Shown here one piece after another: positions 32,998 to 43,600 of a DNA stretch of 64,000 nucleotides. The notes beneath the pieces were generated by a model. That model worked only from the letters and a program-made list of their open reading frames with translations. It made no database searches and had not been told where the DNA came from. The DNA comes from an uncultured Planctomycetia bacterium (GTDB lineage: Bacteria; Omnitrophota; Gorgyraeia; Tantalellales; Tantalellaceae), in the NCBI GenBank assembly GCA_964451815.1, contig CAYVIW010000076.1, positions 6,210 through 70,209 of the forward strand, given 5' to 3'. Position 1 is the first letter of the stretch, and every line of letters starts with the position of its first letter. Both the position numbers and the translations under genes were made by a program.

Positions 32998-33602
32998 ATT
33001 CTTGAAAAATTCTCCAATATTTTAAGCCCTTTATTCTGAGACCTCTCAGGATGGAACTGTACGGCGAACACATTGTCTTTCCACAATACCGACGTATAAT
33101 CAACCCCGTAAGATGTAAAGCCAGACACATACCTTTCTTCCGCCGACCGGCAGTAGTAAGAATGAACAAAATAAAAATATGCCCCGTCATTTATGCCCTT
33201 GAACAGGGGGCACTCCCGATTAAGCAAGGTAACGGTGTTCCACCCTATCTGCGGGACCTTCAACCCTTTCACCGGAGGGAAGATCTTAACTTCCCCCGGG
33301 ACAAGTTTCAGACACTCACATCCTCCTGATTCCTCGCTGGTATCAAAAAGAAGCTGAAGCCCCAGACATATACCCAGAAAAGGCTTGCCGGCGGATATGC
33401 TACGCTTTATGCTCTCTGTATACCCTCTGAGGTTAAGGGCCTCCATGGCGTCTTTGGATGACCCTACCCCGGGTAGGACCACCCTGTCGGCTTTGTCAAG
33501 ATCCTCCGGGCTCGTACACACCTTGACTTCCTCGCCTATATATCTAAAAGCATTATATACGCTTCTCAAATTCCCCCCGCCATAATCTATTATCGCTATC
33601 AT
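32994..33602 (-). CDS. hisH: Imidazole glycerol phosphate synthase, glutaminase subunit.
   Basis: Begins MIAIIDYGGGNLRSV…GICLGLQ. Confidence 0.9.
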   Translation of the reverse strand: MIAIIDYGGGNLRSVYNAFRYIGEEVKVCTSPEDLDKADRVVLPGVGSSKDAMEALNLRGYTESIKRSISAGKPFLGICLGLQLLFDTSEESGGCECLKLVPGEVKIFPPVKGLKVPQIGWNTVTLLNRECPLFKGINDGAYFYFVHSYYCRSAEERYVSGFTSYGVDYTSVLWKDNVFAVQFHPERSQNKGLKILENFSRI

Positions 33603-33614
33603 CCGTCCTCCAAC

Positions 33615-34250
33615 CTACAGTATGCCCTTGCTCGACGGTATCTCACCGGCGCGGCGAGGGTCTATGCCGGTGGCTTTATCCATAGCCATGCCGAAGGCTT
33701 TAAAAACGGCCTCAAAATAATGGTGCATGTCGCCTTTGCCCGAAACTTCCACATGCAGATTTATGGCCATCTTCTTCGAGAAACTTTCAAGAAAGTCCTG
33801 TCCGTAATGCACAGAATACCCCTCTTCGTCCTTTATCGGTGTCTCGACCCCCGAAATATCAAAAACGAACGCCGGGCGGTTGGAGATATCCACAGAGACC
33901 CTGGCCATGGCAGCGTCCATGGGCGCGTCAGCCGAAGCGGTCCTGGCTATACCTCTGCAGTCCCCGAGAGCCTCCCTGAAAGCCTCTCCCAAAGCTATGC
34001 CGATATCCTCGTTAAGATGGTGATTGTCCACATGCGTATCGCCTTTGGCGGTAAGCTCAATGTCAAAATAACCGTGATACGCGAAAAGAGTAAGCATATG
34101 GTCCAGAAATCCTATGGTAGTTGAGATCGAACTTTCACCTTTACCGTCAACATTCAGAAGACCTATCCCTATCTGGGTCTCTTTGGACTTCCTGGCGTAC
34201 CCTTTGATCTTTCTTTCTTTCCTCGCTTTTTCCCTACCGAAGATACCCAT
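33615..34250 (-). CDS. hisB: Imidazoleglycerol-phosphate dehydratase.
   Basis: FLDHML and HH…E motifs. The start may be shorter than the ORF-track call. Confidence 0.85.
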   Translation of the reverse strand: MGIFGREKARKERKIKGYARKSKETQIGIGLLNVDGKGESSISTTIGFLDHMLTLFAYHGYFDIELTAKGDTHVDNHHLNEDIGIALGEAFREALGDCRGIARTASADAPMDAAMARVSVDISNRPAFVFDISGVETPIKDEEGYSVHYGQDFLESFSKKMAINLHVEVSGKGDMHHYFEAVFKAFGMAMDKATGIDPRRAGEIPSSKGIL

Positions 34251-34313
34251 ATGTTCTTCCTCCCCAATTATCTACAGATCGGGACTCTTTGACCCCCTCT
34301 GCGACAAAGTCCT

Positions 34314-35537
34314 TTATTCGCACCTTACATTGACCGAATTCCAGTGCTCTTCCAGCTTTTCCAACTCCGTAAGCTCTCTTATCCAGCCTGACGATCCCGT
34401 AAGCGCCTTTCTGGAATAAGATATTATGTGTGAGCTTTTCATGAAACTCCTGAGATTGAGCCCCGAAAAATATCTGGCCGTCCCTCCGGTCGGCAGAACA
34501 TGGCTCGGACCGGCTATATAATCGCCTACAGCGACGGGCGAGTACTGCCCCAGAAATATGGCGCCGGCGTTAGTTATTCTTTTGAGCAGCCTTTTTGGGG
34601 ACCTCAGCATAAGCTGCAAGTGTTCCGGAGCTATCAGATTGGATACCTCGGCGGCGTCCTCAAGGTTCCTGACTTTTATTATATATCCTCTCAGGTTCTT
34701 ATCCCCGCGAAGCGCTTCGAATATTTTTTTCGATGGTGTAACAAGTATGGAAAGCCCCCTGTGATGCTCCGCCTGCGCCATTATATCGCTTTTCAGATAC
34801 TCGATATTAGCGTAGTTATTAGCTATTATAAGCACCTCGCTCGGCCCGGCAAGCATGTCTATGTCACAGCGGCCGAACACCTGACGCTTTGCCTCGGTAA
34901 CATATTCGTTGCCCGGGCCCACTATCTTGTCAACTCTCGGAACGGTCTTTGTCCCGAAGGCGAGGGCTCCTATCGCCTGGGCTCCTCCTATTTTGTATAT
35001 CTCATCCACGTTCAGGAGATTGGCCACGACCAATATATGCGGGTCTATGCTGTTGTATTCATTGGGCGGCGATACCATTATTATCTTTTTTACTCCAGCT
35101 ATCTTGGCCGGGAGCACAGTCATATATACGCTGGATACAAGAGGCACGGTCCCGCTCGGAACATAGACCCCGACCTTCTCGATGGGCGCGAACTTCTCGC
35201 CGAGCTCTATACCATTTTCATGCCTTATGGTCCATGACTTGGGAAGCTGGTTCCGGTAGAACTTGTTTATATTCTGTATTATCTCTTTCAGTGTGTTAAC
35301 CATCTCGGGCCTTATATCCTGATAAGCCCCGCTTATCTCTCTTTCTGTTACGCGCAATTCCTTTCGGAGCATGTCCACCCGGTCGAATCTTCGTGTATAC
35401 TTTATAAGAGCTTTGTCCCCTTCTTCTCTTACGTCTTCAAGTATCCTTGCCACTTTTTTCTCCAGACGCGCTCTGCCCTGGTCGGACCTCGAAACTATCC
35501 CATGGAATGCTCTACTTCCCAACTTGACACTTTTCAT
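34314..35537 (-). CDS. hisD: Histidinol dehydrogenase.
   Basis: 407 aa resembling HisD; its start lies 1 nt after the alaS stop. Confidence 0.85.
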   Translation of the reverse strand: MKSVKLGSRAFHGIVSRSDQGRARLEKKVARILEDVREEGDKALIKYTRRFDRVDMLRKELRVTEREISGAYQDIRPEMVNTLKEIIQNINKFYRNQLPKSWTIRHENGIELGEKFAPIEKVGVYVPSGTVPLVSSVYMTVLPAKIAGVKKIIMVSPPNEYNSIDPHILVVANLLNVDEIYKIGGAQAIGALAFGTKTVPRVDKIVGPGNEYVTEAKRQVFGRCDIDMLAGPSEVLIIANNYANIEYLKSDIMAQAEHHRGLSILVTPSKKIFEALRGDKNLRGYIIKVRNLEDAAEVSNLIAPEHLQLMLRSPKRLLKRITNAGAIFLGQYSPVAVGDYIAGPSHVLPTGGTARYFSGLNLRSFMKSSHIISYSRKALTGSSGWIRELTELEKLEEHWNSVNVRCE

Positions 35538-35538
35538 T

Positions 35539-38238
35539 TTATCCTCTTTTTTCTATGTATCCCCTGGCTTCTTCTATGGCTTTCGCCAGAGACCCGGGTG
35601 ATCTTCCCCCGGCCTGGGCGAAATTATCTTTTCCTCCGCCTGAGCCCTCAATGCTTGACGCGGCCGAACACACTATCTCCCTGGCGCTTATGCCCCGCTC
35701 GACCAGTTCAGCCGGCACAGCACACACAAGATAAGCTTTTTCTCCGTCTTCGGCTCCGATAACCACCACCGCGTCAGGCGCGGCTTTTTCCAAATAGGAA
35801 GCGGCTTTCCTCAAAACCTGCATATCCGAGTGCTCAAAAAGACAAGAAACGAACTTTATACCGCCCACTGATCCGCCGGCGGCGAGGGCATCATCCATCC
35901 TGAGCTTAAGCTGCCGGAAGTCATCCGATCGTTTCTCTTTCCGCGCTCTTTTTGCGGCTTTTTCTGTTTTTTCCTTTATCTCAGCGAGACGGGGCTTGAG
36001 ATCGGACCTGAAAGAAGCTATAACACGCCTGTCCACAGAGACCCTGCCGTCTATAATATTCTGGGCGGCGCTCATTATATCTTCTTCTCCCGGGTCCGGA
36101 ACATAATACTCTCCGTTCTTTATTTCCGTCGTGAGGGCTTTGAGCTCTTCTCTTATCCATAACTCGGCGGCCTCGCCCGTCGCGGCCTCTATACGCCTTA
36201 TGCCGCTGGCGACCGAGCTCTCCGAGGTTATAACGCAAAGCCTTATCTCTGATGTGTTGTCGACATGCGTACCCCCGCAAAGCTCTTTTGACCTTTCCCC
36301 TACCGTTATGACCCTTACCATATCGTCGTATTTATCACCGAAAAAAGAAAGCGCGCCTTCCTCTTTGGCCTGGTTTATGCTTTTGACCTCTTTGCACACC
36401 TCCAGGCATTCTTCTATCCAACCGTTGACGAGCTCCTCTATTTTTGACATCTCCCTTTCAGAAAGTTTCTTCATATGGGTAAAGTCAAACCTGAGATGCC
36501 TGTGATCGACCAGGGAGCCCGACTGTTTTACGTGGCTGCCCAGAACCTTCCTCAGCGCGGCCTGAAGCAGATGTGTGGCCGTGTGGTTCATCGCTGTCCG
36601 GGATTTTTTTTCGTCGTCAAGATCGATCCGCGCTTTATCGCCTCTTGTGAACCTGCCCTCATCGACCCGGACCTGATAGACCTTTCTTCCATCGGACTCA
36701 AAAGTGTTAAGTATGGACATGCGTCCGCCGGGTCCGGCGATACTCCCTTTATCTCCCACCTGCCCTCCGGCCTCCGGATAGAACACCCCACTCTGGGGAG
36801 ACGTGACAACTTCCCCTTCTTCCCCCTCTTCCAACATCTCGGCTGGTTTACCGTCTTTGACCACAAACACGATCTCGGCATCGAGGGGTAGATCTTCGGA
36901 ATACGCGGGCCTGGGCGAATGCGTGAAAAGATCGGGTCGAAAAATGAACTCTCCCGCCATATCGCTTCCCTTGCGCGACTGTTCTCTTCTTTTTTTCATG
37001 AAGGCCTCGAACTCTTTCAGGTCCGCTTTCGCGCCCTTTTCCCCGCACATTTCGGTAATAACATCCACAGGCATGCCGTAGGTATCGACCAACATGAATA
37101 CCTGCTCCCCGCTGAGCGACCTGGCTCCGGATGAGAGCATCTCTTCCAGTACCGGCATCGCGCCTCGCAGGGTGTAGTTAAAACGTCTTTCTTCCTCCTC
37201 CACTATCGCGGCTATATGCTCCCGTTTTTCCTGGACCTCCGGAAATATGCCGCTGAATATTCCGGCGACCACCGGCACTATATTGTACAGGAAAGCTTCT
37301 CCCCCCGTATTCCCTTTGAGCCAGGCCCGTCTTATGAGCTTCCTGACCACATATCCTCTTTTCTCGTTGGACGGTGAAACCCCGTCGGCAATAGCCATTG
37401 TGGCAGCCCTTATATGATCGGCTATCAGGTTCAACTCAAAAGCGGGACGCTCCCCGGTGGTCTTTTTTATTCCCTCTATTATCGGAACAAAGAGATCTGT
37501 CTCGAAATTGGTCTTTACGCCCTGCACTACCGAACACATCCTCTCAAGCCCCATACCGGTATCTATGTTCCTGGCGGGCAGAGGGGTGAGATGCCCGTCG
37601 GGCTGTCTTTCGTACTGGGTGAAAACCAGGTTCCAGACCTCCACGAATCTCCCGCAATCACAAGCTGGTCCACAATCCGGTCTTCCGCATCCCGCATCCT
37701 TCCCCCAGTCATAGAATATCTCCGAACATGGTCCGCAAGGACCGTTAGGGCCTTTTTCGGGAGCGTCGGCCGGCCAGAAATTATCGTGATCCCCCAGCTT
37801 TACCACCCTTTCGGCGGGCACACCCACCCCGCTGACCCATATTTCAAAAGATTCATCATCTTTGTCATGCACCGATACCCATAGCTTTTCGGCAGGGATG
37901 TTCATTACCCCGGTCATGAACTCCCACCCCCACATTATGGCCTCTTTTTTGAAATAATCACCAAAAGAAAAATTGCCGAGCATCTCAAAAAAGGTATGGT
38001 GCCTGGGGGTCCTGCCCACATTCTCAAGGTCGCCTGTACGCAGACATTTCTGACTGGACACGGCACGGGTATAGGTTATGTTCCTTCCCATGAACTGTTC
38101 TTTGAACTGGTTCATCCCCGCACCTGTGAAAAGAAGCGTAGGATCTTTAGCGGGCACAAGAAGATCACTGGGCACTATGGTATGGCCCTTGTTCCCGAAA
38201 AACTGGAGAAACTTCTCTCTTATCTCTTTTGAGGTCAT
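35539..38238 (-). CDS. alaS: Alanyl-tRNA synthetase.
   Basis: 899 aa with class II AlaRS catalytic, editing (HxxxH…CGGTH) and C-Ala domains. Confidence 0.95.
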   Translation of the reverse strand: MTSKEIREKFLQFFGNKGHTIVPSDLLVPAKDPTLLFTGAGMNQFKEQFMGRNITYTRAVSSQKCLRTGDLENVGRTPRHHTFFEMLGNFSFGDYFKKEAIMWGWEFMTGVMNIPAEKLWVSVHDKDDESFEIWVSGVGVPAERVVKLGDHDNFWPADAPEKGPNGPCGPCSEIFYDWGKDAGCGRPDCGPACDCGRFVEVWNLVFTQYERQPDGHLTPLPARNIDTGMGLERMCSVVQGVKTNFETDLFVPIIEGIKKTTGERPAFELNLIADHIRAATMAIADGVSPSNEKRGYVVRKLIRRAWLKGNTGGEAFLYNIVPVVAGIFSGIFPEVQEKREHIAAIVEEEERRFNYTLRGAMPVLEEMLSSGARSLSGEQVFMLVDTYGMPVDVITEMCGEKGAKADLKEFEAFMKKRREQSRKGSDMAGEFIFRPDLFTHSPRPAYSEDLPLDAEIVFVVKDGKPAEMLEEGEEGEVVTSPQSGVFYPEAGGQVGDKGSIAGPGGRMSILNTFESDGRKVYQVRVDEGRFTRGDKARIDLDDEKKSRTAMNHTATHLLQAALRKVLGSHVKQSGSLVDHRHLRFDFTHMKKLSEREMSKIEELVNGWIEECLEVCKEVKSINQAKEEGALSFFGDKYDDMVRVITVGERSKELCGGTHVDNTSEIRLCVITSESSVASGIRRIEAATGEAAELWIREELKALTTEIKNGEYYVPDPGEEDIMSAAQNIIDGRVSVDRRVIASFRSDLKPRLAEIKEKTEKAAKRARKEKRSDDFRQLKLRMDDALAAGGSVGGIKFVSCLFEHSDMQVLRKAASYLEKAAPDAVVVIGAEDGEKAYLVCAVPAELVERGISAREIVCSAASSIEGSGGGKDNFAQAGGRSPGSLAKAIEEARGYIEKRG

Positions 38239-38266
38239 ATCGCTTTCACTTTCTGTTATCAGCCGT

Positions 38267-39322
<1,056 letters not shown>

Positions 39323-39363
39323 AGCGTTCCTCCTGTGGATTTTCCTCTTAATATTACTGACTT

Positions 39364-39392
39364 ATTATACTTACGCAGCCTCACGATTGCAA
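39364..39392 (-). promoter_or_regulatory. Consensus sigma70-type promoter candidate for recA.
   Basis: Read on the minus strand as TTGCAA-17 nt-TATAAT, with the -10 at 39364-39369 and the -35 at 39387-39392, about 40 nt upstream of the recA start codon. Confidence 0.5.
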
Positions 39393-39472
39393 AGAAAATA
39401 TACCCGCGCACTGCCCCCTACTACTATAGACACATTTTCGGGGAAAAACCTTTCACTTTTTTATGGATATTT

Positions 39473-40057
39473 TTATCCGGAAAGCTCAAAAGACGCCAAA
39501 GGGGTGTGTACAGCGCCTGCCGAGGTGAGTTCAGATCTGAATATAACTATTTTATCGACGGTGCTTTTTGCCGGCTCCACTTTTACTTTCAAGGCCGCAT
39601 TTTTGAGATCTCTTCTTCCTTTCCCGCTTCTCACTCTGCCCAGCGTAAGATGCGGCCGGAACTTTCTTCCCTCCGCGGGAAAACCTTCCCCTGCCAGACG
39701 ATCATCAACCGCTTTAGCGAGGTTTTCCGCCTCACGCCCCCCTGCGCCAATATCCGCCCATACCACTTTTACGCGGTCCCAGTCGGGAAAAACCCCTACC
39801 CCGCTCAGAACCATATCGAAAGGCGCTGTACGTGAGGCTATCTCTCCGAGATGCCGTCCGATATTTTCAGTTTCTTTCCCGGAAATATCCCCAAGGAATT
39901 TAAGGGTAAGGTGCATCGCGCGGGAGCGTATCCACTTCACGTCCGCTCCGGACCTTTTCAGGTCCCGGGCCACGCGGGAAAGCTCCTCTTTGACTTCCTC
40001 CGAGAGTTCTATCGCTATAAAAACACGTATTTTACGATCTTTCCCGCCTGTGACCAT
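39473..40057 (-). CDS. thpR: RNA 2',3'-cyclic phosphodiesterase (ThpR/LigT, 2H family).
   Basis: Two H-x-T-x motifs (HLTLKF and HLTLGR). Confidence 0.8.
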   Translation of the reverse strand: MVTGGKDRKIRVFIAIELSEEVKEELSRVARDLKRSGADVKWIRSRAMHLTLKFLGDISGKETENIGRHLGEIASRTAPFDMVLSGVGVFPDWDRVKVVWADIGAGGREAENLAKAVDDRLAGEGFPAEGRKFRPHLTLGRVRSGKGRRDLKNAALKVKVEPAKSTVDKIVIFRSELTSAGAVHTPLASFELSG

Positions 40058-40072
40058 ACATTTCCGTCAGGA

Positions 40073-40546
40073 CTATATTCTATCCGCCAGAAGCCTAAAT
40101 ACAGCCTCGGCGAACTTCTCCTTGTTCCGACGCCTTCCGCCCTTGTAAAGAACCTTTTCCGAATAACACTCTCCCTCTGTTACAACGGCTATATAGGCAA
40201 GGCCTACGGGCTTTTTCAGGCTACCCCCGGAAGGACCGGCTATGCCGGTCACGGCGGCTGAAAAGTCGCTGTCCATAAGGGCCTTAACGCCTTTTGCCAT
40301 CTCTTCAGCGGTCTGTCGGCTTACCGCCCCGTGCTTTTTTATTATATCGCCAGGCACTCTCAAAAGTGAGATCTTTATATCGTTGGAATAAGCTATTACC
40401 CCTCCCCTGAAATACACGGAGCTCCCGGCGGCATCGGTTATCCGGCTGGAAATTAGCCCACCGGTGCATGATTCTGCCAGGGCCAGGGTTTTACGCTTCT
40501 TTTTCAGAGCAGCGGCTATCTTTTTTTCGGGAGGTCGGACGCTCAT
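40073..40546 (-). CDS. pncC: CinA C-terminal-domain protein / NMN amidohydrolase PncC.
   Basis: LALAESCTGGL motif; 157 aa. Confidence 0.8.
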   Translation of the reverse strand: MSVRPPEKKIAAALKKKRKTLALAESCTGGLISSRITDAAGSSVYFRGGVIAYSNDIKISLLRVPGDIIKKHGAVSRQTAEEMAKGVKALMDSDFSAAVTGIAGPSGGSLKKPVGLAYIAVVTEGECYSEKVLYKGGRRRNKEKFAEAVFRLLADRI

Positions 40547-40559
40547 AGGGGATGCCCGC

Positions 40560-40602
40560 TTAACCTGGTTAGATCAACCTGCTCGGTCTAACCGGGTTGA
40601 TC
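40560..40602. repeat. Degenerate copy of the palindromic element TTAACCTGGTTA[A/G]ATCAACC… that also occurs at 53053.
   Basis: 20 of its first 21 nt are identical to 53053-53073, and the remainder is a diverged AACC(A/G)GGTT(A/G)A arm. It lies in the 80-bp gap between the smc stop and the pncC start. Confidence 0.55.
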
Positions 40603-40625
40603 TTATGATCCGTTTAAAAAAGGGA

Positions 40626-43600
40626 CTATACGGCCGCGCCTACGGTCGCTTTTTCTTTTATCTCGTTCTCTTCGGCGAACTTAACGGAAACCATTTTGGA
40701 CACGCCCTTCTCTTCCATGGTTATACCGTAAAGTACGTCCGCGAGTTGTATGGTCATTCTGTTATGCGTAATTATTACGAACTGGGAAAGCTTCAGAAAT
40801 TCCTGGAGCACGCGGCAGAACCTAACAACATTGGACTCGTCAAGCGGAGCGTCGATCTCGTCCAGCACGCAAAAGGGGCTGGGGTTCACCTTGAATATGG
40901 CGAATATAAGGGCTATAGCCGTCATCGCCTTTTCGCCTCCGGAAAGCTGCATTATGTTGTGAAGTTTTTTGCCGGGAGGGCGCACTACTATATCTATGCC
41001 GCACTCGAGAACGTTGTTCTCGTCTTCAAGGACAAGATCGGCCTTGCCCCCGTTGAAAAGCATGCGGAAATAATCGTTGAACTCTTTCTTGATAGCCTCG
41101 AACGATTCCATGAACTTCTTCTTTGTGGTCCTGTTTATTTTCTGTATGGCCTGCATAAGCTGCTCTCTGGCCGATTCCAGGTCTTCCCGCTGTTTTGAAA
41201 GGAACCCGAACCTCTCTTCTAACTGTTTATGTTCTTCCATCGCCCCCAGGCTCACGTCGCCCATGCGCTCCAGCTGTTCCTTTATGTCCTTTATCTGGGA
41301 TAAAACACCGTCCCAGTCGGCCCCGGGATCTATCTCGACCTCTACGGACGATATGTCGACCTTGTAAGAATCCATCATCTTTTCGACGATCGAAGCCCTC
41401 TTGAACTCTATCTCTTTCTTCATTATGTCAACATCCCGCGCTTTGTCCCTGGCTGATTCCAGCTCCTGCTCGCATGATCTCAACTCTTCCTGCGCGCGGT
41501 TTATCCGAACAGCGAGGGCATCTTTTCTCTCTTTCTTCTCGAATATCTCCGCATTACGCTCCTCGAGAGCGGAGTTCAACTCCACATTATGTCCTTCCAG
41601 ACAAACCGTCTCTTCTTCAAGGTCTCTTATCCTCTGGCCGCTTTCGTTGATCCGCGCTCTCCTTTCTTCCACATCGCTGTCCACCCTCTGGAAAGACCTT
41701 CTTTCTCTTTCGAGATTGTCCGCGAGGTTCTCCTCTTCTTTTCTCATGGCGGAAAGTTCGGCCTTAAGGTCCGACATGCAGAAAAGCGTCTCTTCTCTCC
41801 TTACGGAATTTTCTCTTATCTCCTCCTGGGCCCTGTCTATAGATTCCTGGAGCTCTCTCTGCCGTTTTTCTACCTCCACAAAGGTCTGTTCATACCTTTC
41901 CTTATCCTCGTTGAGCTGGCGAAGTACGTCCCGTTCCTCCTCTATCTCGGCCTCAAGGATAAGTACCTCTTCGTTTATGGAATCCATCTTTTCTTTGACC
42001 GACGATTTTCTGGAAGATACCTCCGCCAGCCGCATCTCCCTTTCTCTAAGCTCCGCCTCGAGACGTTCCTTTTTAGATAACGATGCCTTGAACCACTCTT
42101 CGAGCTGATCTATCGATACCGTCAGTTCTCTTACAGCCTCTTCCACTGAACTCTCTTCCTGTTTCATCTGCTCGAGTTTTTCGCGCCTTCCGAAAAGAGG
42201 GATCGTCTCCTTGGACGAAAAATTCCTGCTTCTGAAAATACCTTTCTGATACACTTCACCACGCTCTCCTATTATCCTGCCCCCGAAAGAAGGCTGGCTG
42301 TCAAGAAAAGAACGCGCGGTCTCGAAGGAGACCGTGACAAGGATATCGCTGAAAAACTCTCTGATGGCTGTATCATAAGGCTCCCGCGCCGTTATTACCT
42401 CGGATATGCCGCCGAGCGGGCTGTTGCCGCTGACAACGGGCGAATCTCCCCCGGAAAGGAATTTTTGTATATCGCCGAGTATTATAAGGTTTACGCTTTC
42501 CATGGCGTTTTCGGCCAGATACCCTATAACCCTGTCGGCGGTGTCCCGGCTGTCCACAACAAGAGCGTGAGACGCGTCTCCCAGTACTGATTTAACTGAC
42601 TCCTCATAACTCTCACGTACGTTTATGATCTCCGAAAGTATCCCCTTGACCCCGGAAAACCGGGGGTCTCCGGACTCAGCCCTTTTCATTATATCCTTTA
42701 CGCTTTCTCCCATGCCTTCCCGCTCGGATATAAGTTTCTCTAGAAACTCCCGGCGTGGTTTTATGCGGTTCAGATGCTTTTCCTTCTCAGCTCTGTCGGA
42801 AACAAGCAGAGCCTGCCTCTGTTGTCTTGCGACATACTCATCGCTGAAAACCCTGTATTCATCTTTTTTCTCCCCAAACCCGGCCGTGGCCAGAACCAGT
42901 TCCTCTTCTATCCCGCGCATCTTTTCGGCGACGTTATCCTTCTCGGCCTGGACATTGTTCCTCTCAAGTTTTAGACGCCTTTCTCTGGAAAGAGCGTTCT
43001 GTATATCCGCGCCGTTCTTTATCAAGGCGTTCTTGGTCCGGGTCTCTTCAGATACTATGTCCACTATCTTTTCCCTGTTCATTTTGAGCTCATGCCTGTG
43101 CGTCTCAAGACTTGAAGTAACGGCCTTTATGTTGTCTTCGGCCGCGGACAGCGCCTCTTCTTTGTTCTGACGCCTTCCCGAAACATCCCGGAACCTCTCT
43201 TCCAGTTCATCAAGACGCGTTTTCATGCTGTCTTTCCGCTCGGTGGCCTGCTCTATCTCCCAGTCGAACCTCTCCACCTGCTTGCGGAGCTCTTCAACCC
43301 TTTCTCTGTTAACCTCTATTGTGTGCCTGTTCTTATCTATATCGGTAGAAAGCCTCATTACCTCGTTCTGTGAATTGTTGAGGTCTTCCGAGAGAGAATT
43401 GAACTCACCCCGGGCATTAAGAAGCATCGCCGACATCTCCTCTACTTTTCGTGCCAGTTCTTCCGAGGTTTCCCTTATCTGCCTGTTCTTGTCTACGAGC
43501 GAAGTATCATCGGTGCTTAGCTCTCTGTATTTTTTTACAGACAGCTTTACCTCGAGCGTTTTGAGCTGCTCAAAACGTGCTTTGTACCTTTCCGCTTTTC

